Shown: piece after piece, positions 47,619-56,882 of the stretch
How the letters are laid out: each line of letters begins with the position of its first letter
Position numbering within the stretch: position 1 is the first letter of the stretch
Assembly: GCA_028718635.1 (NCBI GenBank)
Contig: JAQULK010000001.1
Location: forward strand, 479,755-543,754
From: Minisyncoccota bacterium
GTDB taxonomy: Bacteria > Patescibacteriota > Minisyncoccia > Phycocordibacterales > UBA9973
Length of the DNA stretch: 64,000 nucleotides
Reading direction: 5' to 3'
Program-made: the position numbers and the translations under genes
The notes under the pieces: model-generated
Database searches by the model: none
Told to the model about the DNA's origin: nothing
The model's input: the letters and a program-made list of their open reading frames with translations, nothing else

Positions 47619-48774
47619 GCGCAGGTTCTGTGTCTGTTTGAATTATATTAAATCGCAAAACCCCGATGGTCTGGCCTTGCTTCGTCTTTACATTTACTCG
47701 CCATTTACCCTCGGCTAAATTGTAGCGCATAGAATACGTGCGGAAACCGCCATCTCGCCCGCCTACTACAGGTAAATTTATCGTACTTCCAGTTACCCAT
47801 TTCTTCTGTATTTCATCATAATATTGCCATTCGTGAACAATAGTAAGGTTTAGATTTTTAGGAGAAAAAATAGCACTAAAAGCATAGATGGGTTCCCCGG
47901 AAACCTGATTGAAATTTTGATATAAATTGAAATAACCTCTCCAACCATAATCCTCAAAAGTCACATCATAATTCCCTTCTGAATTTTTTTGTATCGAATG
48001 ATACACTCCGGCATCTTTTAAGGATAAAGGAATCGGGGGAATCAGATTCGTAAAATACAAAAAATTGATTAGAATAGAAATTCCTAAAATTAGGAATAAT
48101 AAATCACGAAACATAAACTTTTCTTCGGTACGGATTTTTTGAAGCTTAAAAAATCCTGAAGTTCTCGGCTCGTCAGCCTCGAAACCCCTTCGAAAAGTTA
48201 TGTTTCGTGATTTAAGGTTAATAAAATAAAATAAAATTAAAAGGAATACGGTAATAAAAAGTAAACTAAGAAATCCGGAAAGTAAAAATACCCAAGCACC
48301 TATTCTATGTAAAATCACCGGCACGATAAAAATGGCAAAGGAATAGATCGAAAGAAAAAATAAGCTTATTTGGAAACTAAGGCGAATATAATGACGTTTA
48401 AGTGATTCATTCGCTATAAAAGCAAGAGCAAGAAGGACAATAAAAGGCCAAGTTACAAATATATCTGCGCTTCTGAAATAAAACACCAAGTAGGTAGACA
48501 AAATTCCTCCAAAGAAAAATTGCAGTATGTTCACATACCAAAAATGCGCTTTTTGAGGATTTTTCTCAGCCCCTCTTTCGTTTTCTTGGAGGTGAATAAG
48601 GGTGATAAAGATGCCCACAATGAGCAAATGTCCTAAAACCCATAAATTCTCCCATAATGTGTCTACCCTATGAAGCGTGAGCGCATCAAAAACGAAACCT
48701 CCAACTAGGGATAAAGATGAGATAGGTCGTTCAAATCTTCCATAGAAATTGCGAATTGGATCTAGAAAAAACAT
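47599..48774 (-). CDS. polytopic membrane protein with C-terminal extracytoplasmic domain; carries in-frame copy of 112-bp repeat
   Basis: 5-6 TM helices N-terminally, then residues NLKSRNITFRRGFEADEPRTSGFFKLQKIRTEEKFMFRDLLF encoded by repeat copy 6, then a further TM and soluble domain. Confidence 0.5.
   Translation of the reverse strand: MFFLDPIRNFYGRFERPISSLSLVGGFVFDALTLHRVDTLWENLWVLGHLLIVGIFITLIHLQENERGAEKNPQKAHFWYVNILQFFFGGILSTYLVFYFRSADIFVTWPFIVLLALAFIANESLKRHYIRLSFQISLFFLSIYSFAIFIVPVILHRIGAWVFLLSGFLSLLFITVFLLILFYFINLKSRNITFRRGFEADEPRTSGFFKLQKIRTEEKFMFRDLLFLILGISILINFLYFTNLIPPIPLSLKDAGVYHSIQKNSEGNYDVTFEDYGWRGYFNLYQNFNQVSGEPIYAFSAIFSPKNLNLTIVHEWQYYDEIQKKWVTGSTINLPVVGGRDGGFRTYSMRYNLAEGKWRVNVKTKQGQTIGVLRFNIIQTDTEPALTEGVK
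48101..48213. repeat. ~112-bp palindromic repeat, copy 6 (orientation A, subtype ggctcgtcagcc), inside CDS 47599-48774 in frame
   Basis: aaatcacgaaacataaacttttcttcggtacggattttttgaagcttaaaaaatcctgaagttctcggctcgtcagcctcgaaaccccttcgaaaagttatgtttcgtgattt. Confidence 0.75.
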
Positions 48775-48780
48775 TAAATA

Positions 48781-49380
48781 TTAAAGTAAATTATTTCTAG
48801 CATTTTTAAGCATACTCGCCCACCATATAAGCTGGGTTATCATAGTTTTAGCTTTTTCTGTGTAATTCAAAAAAAGTTCTTCGGGAGTAGACTTGCCAAA
48901 ACTTACCGGAAAATATTTTTCTCCATTTATTTGTATTGCTTCGCGAATGGGAACCATTTTTAACTCGATGGATGTCAGGCGCAAATGTTCGACCGAACGT
49001 GCACCGCCAGCTGTTCCATAACTCACAAAAGCTATCGGTTTATTGTGCCATTCAGAATAGACCCAATCAAGAGCATTTTTTAAAACCGCTGGAACTCCAT
49101 GATTGTATTCCGGAGTAGCCACCACGAAAGCATCCGCTTCAGCAATTTTCGCTGTAAATCTGGCAACTGCTTCATTCTTATAAGGTTCTTTCTTAGCAGA
49201 AGGAGTTATCGCTTCATTAAAAAAAGGCATTGCATAATCTCGCAGATCGAGCACTTCCACCGCCACACCCTCATGCTTTTTAATTTCTTCATTTATCCAA
49301 AAAGCAGCTTTATCACTAAAACGTCCTTCCCTAGTACTGCCCATGATCACTTTTATGTTTAATTTTGTATTTTCTTTCAT
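48781..49380 (-). CDS. NAD(P)H-dependent FMN reductase (flavodoxin-like)
   Basis: IKVIMGSTREGRFSDKAAFW N-terminus and NALDW motif typical of NADPH-FMN reductase family. Confidence 0.7.
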   Translation of the reverse strand: MKENTKLNIKVIMGSTREGRFSDKAAFWINEEIKKHEGVAVEVLDLRDYAMPFFNEAITPSAKKEPYKNEAVARFTAKIAEADAFVVATPEYNHGVPAVLKNALDWVYSEWHNKPIAFVSYGTAGGARSVEHLRLTSIELKMVPIREAIQINGEKYFPVSFGKSTPEELFLNYTEKAKTMITQLIWWASMLKNARNNLL

Positions 49381-49409
49381 AGTATTTTTTTATAAAAATG
49401 GAGTAAAAA

Positions 49410-49745
49410 CTAATATAACCTTCCGCCCACAACTGCATTTTCTTTATCTGGAACCAATAGAACAACTTTTCCTTCATTATCCGGCACACCGAGGGTCAGC
49501 ACCTCTGATTCAAAAGAACCGATTTTTCTAATAGGAAAATTCAAAACACCTAGCACGAGTTTTCCAACCAATTCTTCTTTACTATAATAAATAGCTATTT
49601 GAGAAAAAGAGTTTTTGATCCCGACCTCAGGGCCAAAATCAATTTTTAATTTATATCCAGGTTTTCGAGCTTCTGGATGATCGTTTACTTCCATGATTTT
49701 TCCAACTCTGATATCTAATTTTTCAAAATCTTCAATAGTTGCCAT
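49410..49745 (-). CDS. csaA: tRNA-binding protein (CsaA/Trbp111, EMAP-II-like OB fold)
   Basis: DFEKLDIRVGKI...E.HP.A.K...L.ID.G hallmark. Confidence 0.75.
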   Translation of the reverse strand: MATIEDFEKLDIRVGKIMEVNDHPEARKPGYKLKIDFGPEVGIKNSFSQIAIYYSKEELVGKLVLGVLNFPIRKIGSFESEVLTLGVPDNEGKVVLLVPDKENAVVGGRLY

Positions 49746-49748
49746 TAT

Positions 49749-50345
49749 TTATTCTAAAATTTTAAGAGCTTCCTTAAAAGCTACATCAATATTTGTAAAT
49801 ACAGGATAATTATATTTTTCAGCTTCCGCTTTAAAGTATGGCTGGTCTCCCAAGAAAAAAGCGGCAGACTGCAATTCAAGTTCGGTGTTTTCCCAAATAG
49901 GTTTGTCCTTATTTTTCTCCACTACCTCCTCGAGCGTTGACCCGGCTATCACGATGCAAGGAATATTTAAATCCTTATGTACCAGATGCGGTAAAAAGCT
50001 TACTCCTTCGAAAATAACGGGCTTCTCTTCTTCCGCAAAACTATTTATCTTGGCGAGCATCCCCTCCCATAATTTTTCGGATTGAGAAACAATATTTTTC
50101 CATTGTTGAGCATAGGATGTTTTTATATAATAAGTTCTCTTGTTTTTATTTTTCCAAAAATTTGTCGCATCGGTAAATTTCGGATCTGGACGAAGCTCAT
50201 GGCGAATATCGTCAGCGGATACATAAATTCCTCCAACTGTTTCGGCAAGCCTTTTAGCTAAGCTAGTTTTACCAATAGTGGGAATTCCAGTTATAACTAA
50301 TCTTTTTCCTTTATGTGGTAAAACTTTTTTTGATTCCATAAACAA
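49749..50345 (-). CDS. P-loop NTPase, kinase-like (AAA_33/zeta-like fold), unknown substrate
   Basis: Walker A GIPTIGKTSLAKRLA; no other motif recognised. Confidence 0.4.
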   Translation of the reverse strand: MFMESKKVLPHKGKRLVITGIPTIGKTSLAKRLAETVGGIYVSADDIRHELRPDPKFTDATNFWKNKNKRTYYIKTSYAQQWKNIVSQSEKLWEGMLAKINSFAEEEKPVIFEGVSFLPHLVHKDLNIPCIVIAGSTLEEVVEKNKDKPIWENTELELQSAAFFLGDQPYFKAEAEKYNYPVFTNIDVAFKEALKILE

Positions 50346-50389
50346 ATTTTAGTACAATAATGCGAATATATCAAATACCACTTTGAGAT

Positions 50390-50629
50390 TTAATTTTTCC
50401 CCCAGCCTATATTATCCCAGAATCTTTCATGGAAAAAATAGACGAGCGTGGTGTAAATATTGCTCAAAATCATAAAGCCAATAGCTACTTCTACTTTTTT
50501 TGTAAAAATAAAGATAATAGAAAAATCAAGCACAATGATGACCAATCTGTAAGTAATGGCTTTTATAATAGATCTGCGTAGCGTCTCTCCTGGATGATGA
50601 TGTGTATGAGGGAAAAATTTTTCAATCAT
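50390..50629 (-). CDS. DUF2061-family small membrane protein
   Basis: KAITYRL...FHERFWDNIGWG pattern. Confidence 0.5.
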   Translation of the reverse strand: MIEKFFPHTHHHPGETLRRSIIKAITYRLVIIVLDFSIIFIFTKKVEVAIGFMILSNIYTTLVYFFHERFWDNIGWGKN

Positions 50630-50696
50630 AAATCGCTTGTTATTGTTTGAGTCATTGGGAAATTATATCATTAATAAATTATAAAAGCCATGAAAC

Positions 50697-51323
50697 TTAT
50701 GATTTATTTGCTAGTAGAACTTTGCCAAGCCTTATTCCCCCGTAGACTATCAACAGCAACCCCACTATAAGATTTAATGCCTGAATCAAAATCATAGGAA
50801 TAGTTCCTTTTATAAAGGAAAAAACAATCACAAAGGTCCCGATAAATACAAAAGTCGCCAGACCTGTTGAAAATCCAAAAACAAGCAATTCTTTTTTTGA
50901 ATAATTATATTCCATAGCTTTGGCTGTAAACAAACTCGTCCAAAGAAATATAGTTAAAGGACTTGAGAGAGTGAGAAAAAAGGTATAAATAAAACTCGAC
51001 AAAAGACTTATTGAATTTATGTTCGGGTTGATTGAGACACTTTCCGTAAAAATATTTTTGATTATAAAAATACCAAATATTATCAAAACAAAAGAACTAA
51101 TAATTCCGAAAATTCTTTTTACTTTTTCTTTTTCTAATAATTTCCCGATCCCGAATATTGCGAGTGTAATGTAAATATAATCAGCGAAAGTGGCTCCCAA
51201 GGTGGCGACTAATCCATCGAGAGCGGTTTTCTGCAGAGTCAAATTGATAATGAAAATGAAAACAGGACCTATCGCCAACTGGAGGACTAGCCCTGTAAAT
51301 AAGCCATTTTTGAAAATTTTCAT
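50697..51323 (-). CDS. LysE/RhtB-family amino-acid exporter
   Basis: N-terminal LQLAIGPVFIFII (GP motif), 6 TM, ~208 aa. Confidence 0.65.
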   Translation of the reverse strand: MKIFKNGLFTGLVLQLAIGPVFIFIINLTLQKTALDGLVATLGATFADYIYITLAIFGIGKLLEKEKVKRIFGIISSFVLIIFGIFIIKNIFTESVSINPNINSISLLSSFIYTFFLTLSSPLTIFLWTSLFTAKAMEYNYSKKELLVFGFSTGLATFVFIGTFVIVFSFIKGTIPMILIQALNLIVGLLLIVYGGIRLGKVLLANKS

Positions 51324-51356
51324 ATTTTAATATTAACACAAAACACTTTTCACTTT

Positions 51357-51593
51357 TTAGGTATTTTTGTTTTGAGGTTTAAGTAAAGACGTGCTTATAA
51401 CAACAACAATTGTAGTGATAATAATTGCGTAGAGAAATTTGACCAAAAGACCAGAGTTGTCTAAAGGGAAAAAGAAAGCAATAAGAGCTTTAATCGCGTC
51501 ACTCCAAGCAAGCCCAGCCACCAAGGAAAGCGCAGCTACGATATACCCCGAAGTCTGATTCCTGATTTGTGTTTTAAGTTCATCCTTTAGCAT
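51357..51593 (-). CDS. small membrane protein
   Basis: 78-aa, two TM helices; no homology recognised. Confidence 0.3.
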   Translation of the reverse strand: MLKDELKTQIRNQTSGYIVAALSLVAGLAWSDAIKALIAFFFPLDNSGLLVKFLYAIIITTIVVVISTSLLKPQNKNT

Positions 51594-51657
51594 GGAATAA
51601 TTATAGCAAACTTATCAACTAAAAACGATCTTTCGTTACAATTAAATGCAGGTGAAA

Positions 51658-52869
51658 TTAATTATTTTTTATTTTTCTTGGTTCTAATAGCAATACCAAC
51701 TCTTCTGATTTGACTCTCGACTTTTTTGTAAGCTTATTTTTATTTAACTTATTATTACCACCCAAAGTACTAAATTTTCCTGTAATTGCATGTGTATGAA
51801 TGCGACTGTTTTTTTTATCTAAATTAAAATATTTTTTAGCAGATTCAAGTACTTGGTCCCCTGATAAACCATTACTGCATTTACCTTTAGGAAAAGTAAA
51901 AATAACCTTCACTTCTCTTTTTGATAAACCTGAAAGAAGTTCATCTAATGCTTTGAGTGATTGTCCTGCATTACTAAATTTGGACTGTGGACGTTCAGAA
52001 ATATCTGGATATCTTCCAACACCAGTTACCGGCCCACATTTTCCCCGGGCAATAGTTTCAAGTACATGATAGAAACGACTATACTGTACTCCGGAGTATG
52101 GTGGGTCGAGAAGAACTAAGTCACCCTTTTTTAATTTAGATATAAGTTTTTTTGCATCAGATATCACTGCTTTTCCCTTAACTAAAGAATGAAGAGGGGT
52201 GATTTCCTCCAAAGCTTTTTCACAAGATTTAAACACATCTATGTGCCAAGCAATTTTAATAAATTTTCCAGCACCAGTTGTCGGTTGAAAAGGTTGAGCA
52301 GTATGTCCAGGAGCAGCAGCAGCTCTTGAAGCAGCAATAATTATTGCAGCCAAGCAAACATTTCTGTATTTAGTTTTTTTTGGTAACGTCTTTAGAAGAT
52401 AATCAAGAATTAATGCTTGTTTGGGGCTGAAATAGTGACCGCCATAAGCATTCCAAATTGGACCTATTTTTGGAAGGGTTTCGCAAAGTTTTCTAGCTTT
52501 ATTTACTCTAATTTTAATACTTTTCTTGTAATTTTTATCAATCTCTTCTGCCTGATTTAAAAGTTTTGAATCTTTTATTTCTTTTTTAGTCTTTTCTATC
52601 CAAATCTCTTTTAAATATTCAGGATTAAGAATATTAGTCCGCTCTATAACTGCTTTTGAAAGAACAACTGCATATTTTTGTAGATCACCTGCAATAATTT
52701 CTCCTTTAAAATTTTGATTTGTGGCAACAAAGTTAACTACGCCTCCAGAACCACAAAATGGGTCTATGAATCTTTTTGCACTGGGAAGTTGCTCTCGAAG
52801 TAATTCTCCAAGACCATTCGCCAACATATATCTTTTTGATCCCATGTATTTCATATGCCAAGTCCCCAA
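51658..52869 (-). CDS. Dam-like (D12 class) N6-adenine DNA methyltransferase
   Basis: N-terminal KYMGSKRYML (motif X), FIDPFCGSGGV (motif I, FxGxG), LVLLDPPY (motif IV, DPPY); start overlaps stop of upstream gene. Confidence 0.8.
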   Translation of the reverse strand: MGTWHMKYMGSKRYMLANGLGELLREQLPSAKRFIDPFCGSGGVVNFVATNQNFKGEIIAGDLQKYAVVLSKAVIERTNILNPEYLKEIWIEKTKKEIKDSKLLNQAEEIDKNYKKSIKIRVNKARKLCETLPKIGPIWNAYGGHYFSPKQALILDYLLKTLPKKTKYRNVCLAAIIIAASRAAAAPGHTAQPFQPTTGAGKFIKIAWHIDVFKSCEKALEEITPLHSLVKGKAVISDAKKLISKLKKGDLVLLDPPYSGVQYSRFYHVLETIARGKCGPVTGVGRYPDISERPQSKFSNAGQSLKALDELLSGLSKREVKVIFTFPKGKCSNGLSGDQVLESAKKYFNLDKKNSRIHTHAITGKFSTLGGNNKLNKNKLTKKSRVKSEELVLLLEPRKIKNN

Positions 52870-54227
52870 AGGGATATTCTTTCACACTCACTTAAACTAA
52901 ACATTTGTTGAGAAATACCCCTTATTAAATCATTATAAGAATAAGTTGTTCCCTGTGCATTCTCCCACGTTTTTATATCTTGAAGTGCTGCATCAATATC
53001 GGTCCAAAGGTCAAGAAAGTCAGCAATAGTTGTACCGTCTTTGATTAGTCCATAATCAGTTGCATATGGTTGCCACCAAAATTCTAGATCTGCTTTTGTA
53101 AAACCAGCCTCTCGAATCAGGCTTCCATTTATGCCGGTCGAAATTCTCAATAGAAGAGTGGCTCTCGCTAAAACCTGTAAATGGTGATTTGGGTGATCAG
53201 TAGAAGTAACCTTAGAAGCTTCTTCGATAATTCTCGATTCATTGGGTTGCGTCTGCCATGTAAGAAAATCTACCCAACCATTTTGTATCGGTAGGGCAAA
53301 GCCGAGAGCCGGAATATGTTTCATAACCCAAGCTCGATAATTCGCCAAGTGAGTAGGTAAACGAGGGTCTACACCATGAACAGCTCGGTATGACTGCGCC
53401 AAGCCTATTCTTAAAAGGTGTTTGTCAATCTCATCAAATCTGGATGAGGGATTTGGTTCGCACATACGCCATAATTCATTCAAAAAAGAAAGCGAGTCTG
53501 GTGCAGGAGCATTGGTTTTAGGAAGAATTCTAGATGGTCTATAACTAGAATGGTTTCGTAGTATTTGGTCATCACCAAATTGTTTTATATCTATTCCCCA
53601 AGATTTTAACCAAGAACGACCAATAGGATGGAGATTTACATTGAAGGCACCTAACCAAACAGAAAGAGCTATTGACCCAGGCGTAATAATTTCGGAAAGT
53701 GTTTCTGCAGATGGTTTTCTATCAGCCCAATGCTCAAGAGCTTCCCATGTAAATTTATGTGTTCCCTTTTGACTAGATGTCGTGACCGACCTTCTTGTTG
53801 TATTTGTTACAATTACATGTGTTCTATTAAATACCCCAACCCCGATGGATCCAAGAATGGACATTGCAGCACGCAACTCAGCATAGTAAGCAAGATGAAC
53901 AGAGCTACTTGAATCTCCTTTTATATGAAGATTGAGTGCTCTACCCAGTAGACTCCAACCATCACTACAGTGATTAAAAATTGAGGCAGCTATATAATTT
54001 TCAATCTGCCTCTGATATAAGGATCTTCCTCGAGCAATTACCTCTGTAGGATTTCCTCTATTTGCTGGATTTCTTTGGTAAGATTTGGAATATCTATTTT
54101 GTGGATTAATCCATCGCCTAACAGAGATGTGAGAACGAAGATTTTTTACCCCCTCCTTAATCGCATCAGGAGAAGCATTTCTTAACTGTTTTTTTAGTGA
54201 GTTTGCTGGCATGAATTTTTTTATCAA
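52851..54227 (-). CDS. 458-aa protein of unknown function, middle gene of DGQHR-MTase operon
   Basis: No recognisable motif by eye; overlaps both neighbours by 4-19 bp (translational coupling). Confidence 0.5.
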   Translation of the reverse strand: MIKKFMPANSLKKQLRNASPDAIKEGVKNLRSHISVRRWINPQNRYSKSYQRNPANRGNPTEVIARGRSLYQRQIENYIAASIFNHCSDGWSLLGRALNLHIKGDSSSSVHLAYYAELRAAMSILGSIGVGVFNRTHVIVTNTTRRSVTTSSQKGTHKFTWEALEHWADRKPSAETLSEIITPGSIALSVWLGAFNVNLHPIGRSWLKSWGIDIKQFGDDQILRNHSSYRPSRILPKTNAPAPDSLSFLNELWRMCEPNPSSRFDEIDKHLLRIGLAQSYRAVHGVDPRLPTHLANYRAWVMKHIPALGFALPIQNGWVDFLTWQTQPNESRIIEEASKVTSTDHPNHHLQVLARATLLLRISTGINGSLIREAGFTKADLEFWWQPYATDYGLIKDGTTIADFLDLWTDIDAALQDIKTWENAQGTTYSYNDLIRGISQQMFSLSECERISLWGLGI

Positions 54228-55750
54228 ACAACATCTCCATCAAATCCGAGGTTTTTATAAATTGCTTTAGCATCTTTTCCTAATTTATTATCTTTAGATA
54301 AATGTTTAAGTAGCAAGCGTCTAAATTCTCTGTAACCACTACCACCTCTAAATGAAAGTTTGAGCGTTCTCTCTATTTCAGAGAGATTTTCAGCAGCCGA
54401 TGATCTCCAATCAAATGTTGAAAGTGCAATTGTAAGCTGGTCTATAAACACAGTAATCTGTTGTTGTTTCTTTAATAAATTATCAAGAGCTTCTGATACA
54501 GTCACTTCTGGATTCAGTTTCCATTTCTTCAAATTTAATTTATCCGTATTTCTGAATAGTATATCGTTGGTAATATTTAAAACGACAGAAATGCCTTGAT
54601 CATTATTCAGGAGTGTATGTGGTCCATAAAAAGCAGGATCTTTCTTGATCTTCCGCTTATAGTCAGTTTCTCTTAGTTTTTTTGCCCAATCAACTTTAAG
54701 TTCTTTAATAGATTTTTCTAGTGAGTTCCAAAGGTAAATTAAGAGAGCCGCTTGCTGGCTGCGATTCCAAGGAATCGTCATTTCATCATGCCCTGCTGGT
54801 GCTCCAAATAAACCCCCAATTGTTACTCCCTTACCTTCTGATGTTTTAATATATGTTTTTAATAAAGCTCTTATCCAAGCGGCTTGGGTAACAGAACTAT
54901 CTCCACTTTCACCAAGCATATTTATACGCTGATACCAAGAACTTGTTGGCTCAGACCAAAGTAATTCAACTATTTCTTGTGCTCTCGCTTCTCGGTATAC
55001 TTTGTGGCCCTCGAATCGATCTAACCAATCCTCAGTACGCAAAAGAGGATAAAGATCAAAAGCAAGACTTGGATTGATCCTCTTTGGCTTAATGTTTATT
55101 GTCCAGAATAAATAAGCCTGCCAGCTTAGATCTAAACCATAAAAAGCAACTACCGGTAACTCGTAATCCTCGTTAATATTTTCATCAAAGGCCAATAATC
55201 TATGTTGGCCATCAATTACTTCCAATGGATGAACTTGTTCTGGTTTCCATTTTTTTGTTTCTTTAGAAAAAGGAAGTTTTATTTCAGTGATGACAGCATT
55301 CTGGTCTATTGTTATTAAATCCTTAAATGCTACGAACCCCCCATTTCGTTTATCTTCTTTTGTTAAAATATTCACAACAATTGCTGTAGGTAGCCACCCT
55401 GGTTTACGAAGATCATCAAACCTACCATCTTGTCGTTGAGATTTTGTTAAATCTGACCATGGGTAACCATACTTAACATACTCCGCAATATTTTTTGAAC
55501 GAGATTGTTCGTAGGCACGTTGGATCCCCATGTCGCCAGACCTTTTTTTGCCATCTTTTGCATCTCTGCGATTTACACCAGACAAAAAACGCAGCTGGCG
55601 AGCAGACAATGAAAATATATAGAAACACTTTTCTGGTTCTCTTCGATGATTCTTTTTAATAAACTCAACTGATCCCCATTCTTTTAACCATTGATTTACC
55701 TTTAAGGCATTAATGGTTACATTTTTATTTGACTTAGATTTATTTTTCAT
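54224..55750 (-). CDS. DGQHR-domain protein (DndB-like, ParB/Srx-fold superfamily)
   Basis: Contains VIDGQHRLLAF (DGQHR signature) and upstream GIQRAYEQ box, typical of TIGR03187/DndB-like family. Confidence 0.65.
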   Translation of the reverse strand: MKNKSKSNKNVTINALKVNQWLKEWGSVEFIKKNHRREPEKCFYIFSLSARQLRFLSGVNRRDAKDGKKRSGDMGIQRAYEQSRSKNIAEYVKYGYPWSDLTKSQRQDGRFDDLRKPGWLPTAIVVNILTKEDKRNGGFVAFKDLITIDQNAVITEIKLPFSKETKKWKPEQVHPLEVIDGQHRLLAFDENINEDYELPVVAFYGLDLSWQAYLFWTINIKPKRINPSLAFDLYPLLRTEDWLDRFEGHKVYREARAQEIVELLWSEPTSSWYQRINMLGESGDSSVTQAAWIRALLKTYIKTSEGKGVTIGGLFGAPAGHDEMTIPWNRSQQAALLIYLWNSLEKSIKELKVDWAKKLRETDYKRKIKKDPAFYGPHTLLNNDQGISVVLNITNDILFRNTDKLNLKKWKLNPEVTVSEALDNLLKKQQQITVFIDQLTIALSTFDWRSSAAENLSEIERTLKLSFRGGSGYREFRRLLLKHLSKDNKLGKDAKAIYKNLGFDGDVV

Positions 55751-56156
55751 ATTTAAAATAATGCTTAAATTAGTACTTACTATTGTACCAAATTAGGATC
55801 CACAAAGCACGCAATTTAAGGTATGAAATAGTTAGTAATCCACCTTTATATATTTATCTTTTGACGCCGTTAACGCTAAAATAGTTTTTGCCCACGGGCT
55901 CACAAAATCAGAATCCAAGGATTCGATAAGTGAGTTCGTTTTGCGTTTAAGAGCAAAATATTTTAGATGATTATTAATTAATTTTGTTTAAAAAAACATA
56001 TGAATAAAATAAAAAGTTTGGTTTGGCACACAGAGAAGCGTATCGTATCTCAGTAGGTATGCTATGACGAATAGTTCTTGAGTAAGTTTCAACGCATCTC
56101 GTGCGGGATAACTGCGCTCAAACTGGCTGGGTGTCTGGTGCGAAGTTGGAACATTT

Positions 56157-56864
56157 TTAACGTTTGAATAAAGTTTTAATATTCTTTTCAAGATAGTATA
56201 TCCAAGAAAATAAAGTACAATCCAAGAAAATACCTGTAATTGTTAGGCATGTAATCCCAAAAAATACATATGGTAAATAACCATATTCTGTGGCACTGTT
56301 ATAAGCCCATTTTCCACTAACAACTATAAAGATTATGAGTGCAAGTACATTTAGAAGAGCGTCAGAGTGAATATTCTTACTTGTACTTTCTACTGCTTCC
56401 TCTTCCCATTCATGACTATAAGTACCATTACTCTCACTTTTTGTAATACTAGTTTTAAAGTAATCCTTATTTATAGGAAGAAAGTCGTAATGCCATTTAC
56501 GTCTGCTTTTATAGCCATGATTATCGTATTTCCATATCACCCTATCCATGAGTATGCTTAAAGGAGCAATTAATATAATTAATCCACATATCATATAAAG
56601 CCACCTGTATTCTGGAAGAAACGGTAAATAACTATTTAAACCATCAAGGCCATGGAGCAAAACTACGAGCAGAGAAAGAGTAAGAAATGTGCGATTCACT
56701 TTTGATGCATGTTCTTGAGGTTTAAAGTATATGTAACGACCAAGGGCTTTGTATACGACATACATTAAAACATAAACTATTGCCACATGAAATATCGTTA
56801 ATTCGTGAAGTAAAAGATTTTTTAGTTCATCAAAAGAAGATAGAAATAAAGATTCATTTAACAT
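56157..56864 (-). CDS. hypothetical polytopic membrane protein
   Basis: 235 aa, ~5 hydrophobic helices. Confidence 0.4.
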   Translation of the reverse strand: MLNESLFLSSFDELKNLLLHELTIFHVAIVYVLMYVVYKALGRYIYFKPQEHASKVNRTFLTLSLLVVLLHGLDGLNSYLPFLPEYRWLYMICGLIILIAPLSILMDRVIWKYDNHGYKSRRKWHYDFLPINKDYFKTSITKSESNGTYSHEWEEEAVESTSKNIHSDALLNVLALIIFIVVSGKWAYNSATEYGYLPYVFFGITCLTITGIFLDCTLFSWIYYLEKNIKTLFKR

Positions 56865-56882
56865 AATATTTTTAAGTTAAGA

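Noticed and set aside
8286-48213. CRISPR array interpretation of the repeated ~112-bp elements
   Set aside because: The copies are dispersed over 40 kb in both orientations and are 110 bp long. They are not regularly interspaced, there are no unique short spacers, and no cas genes are present
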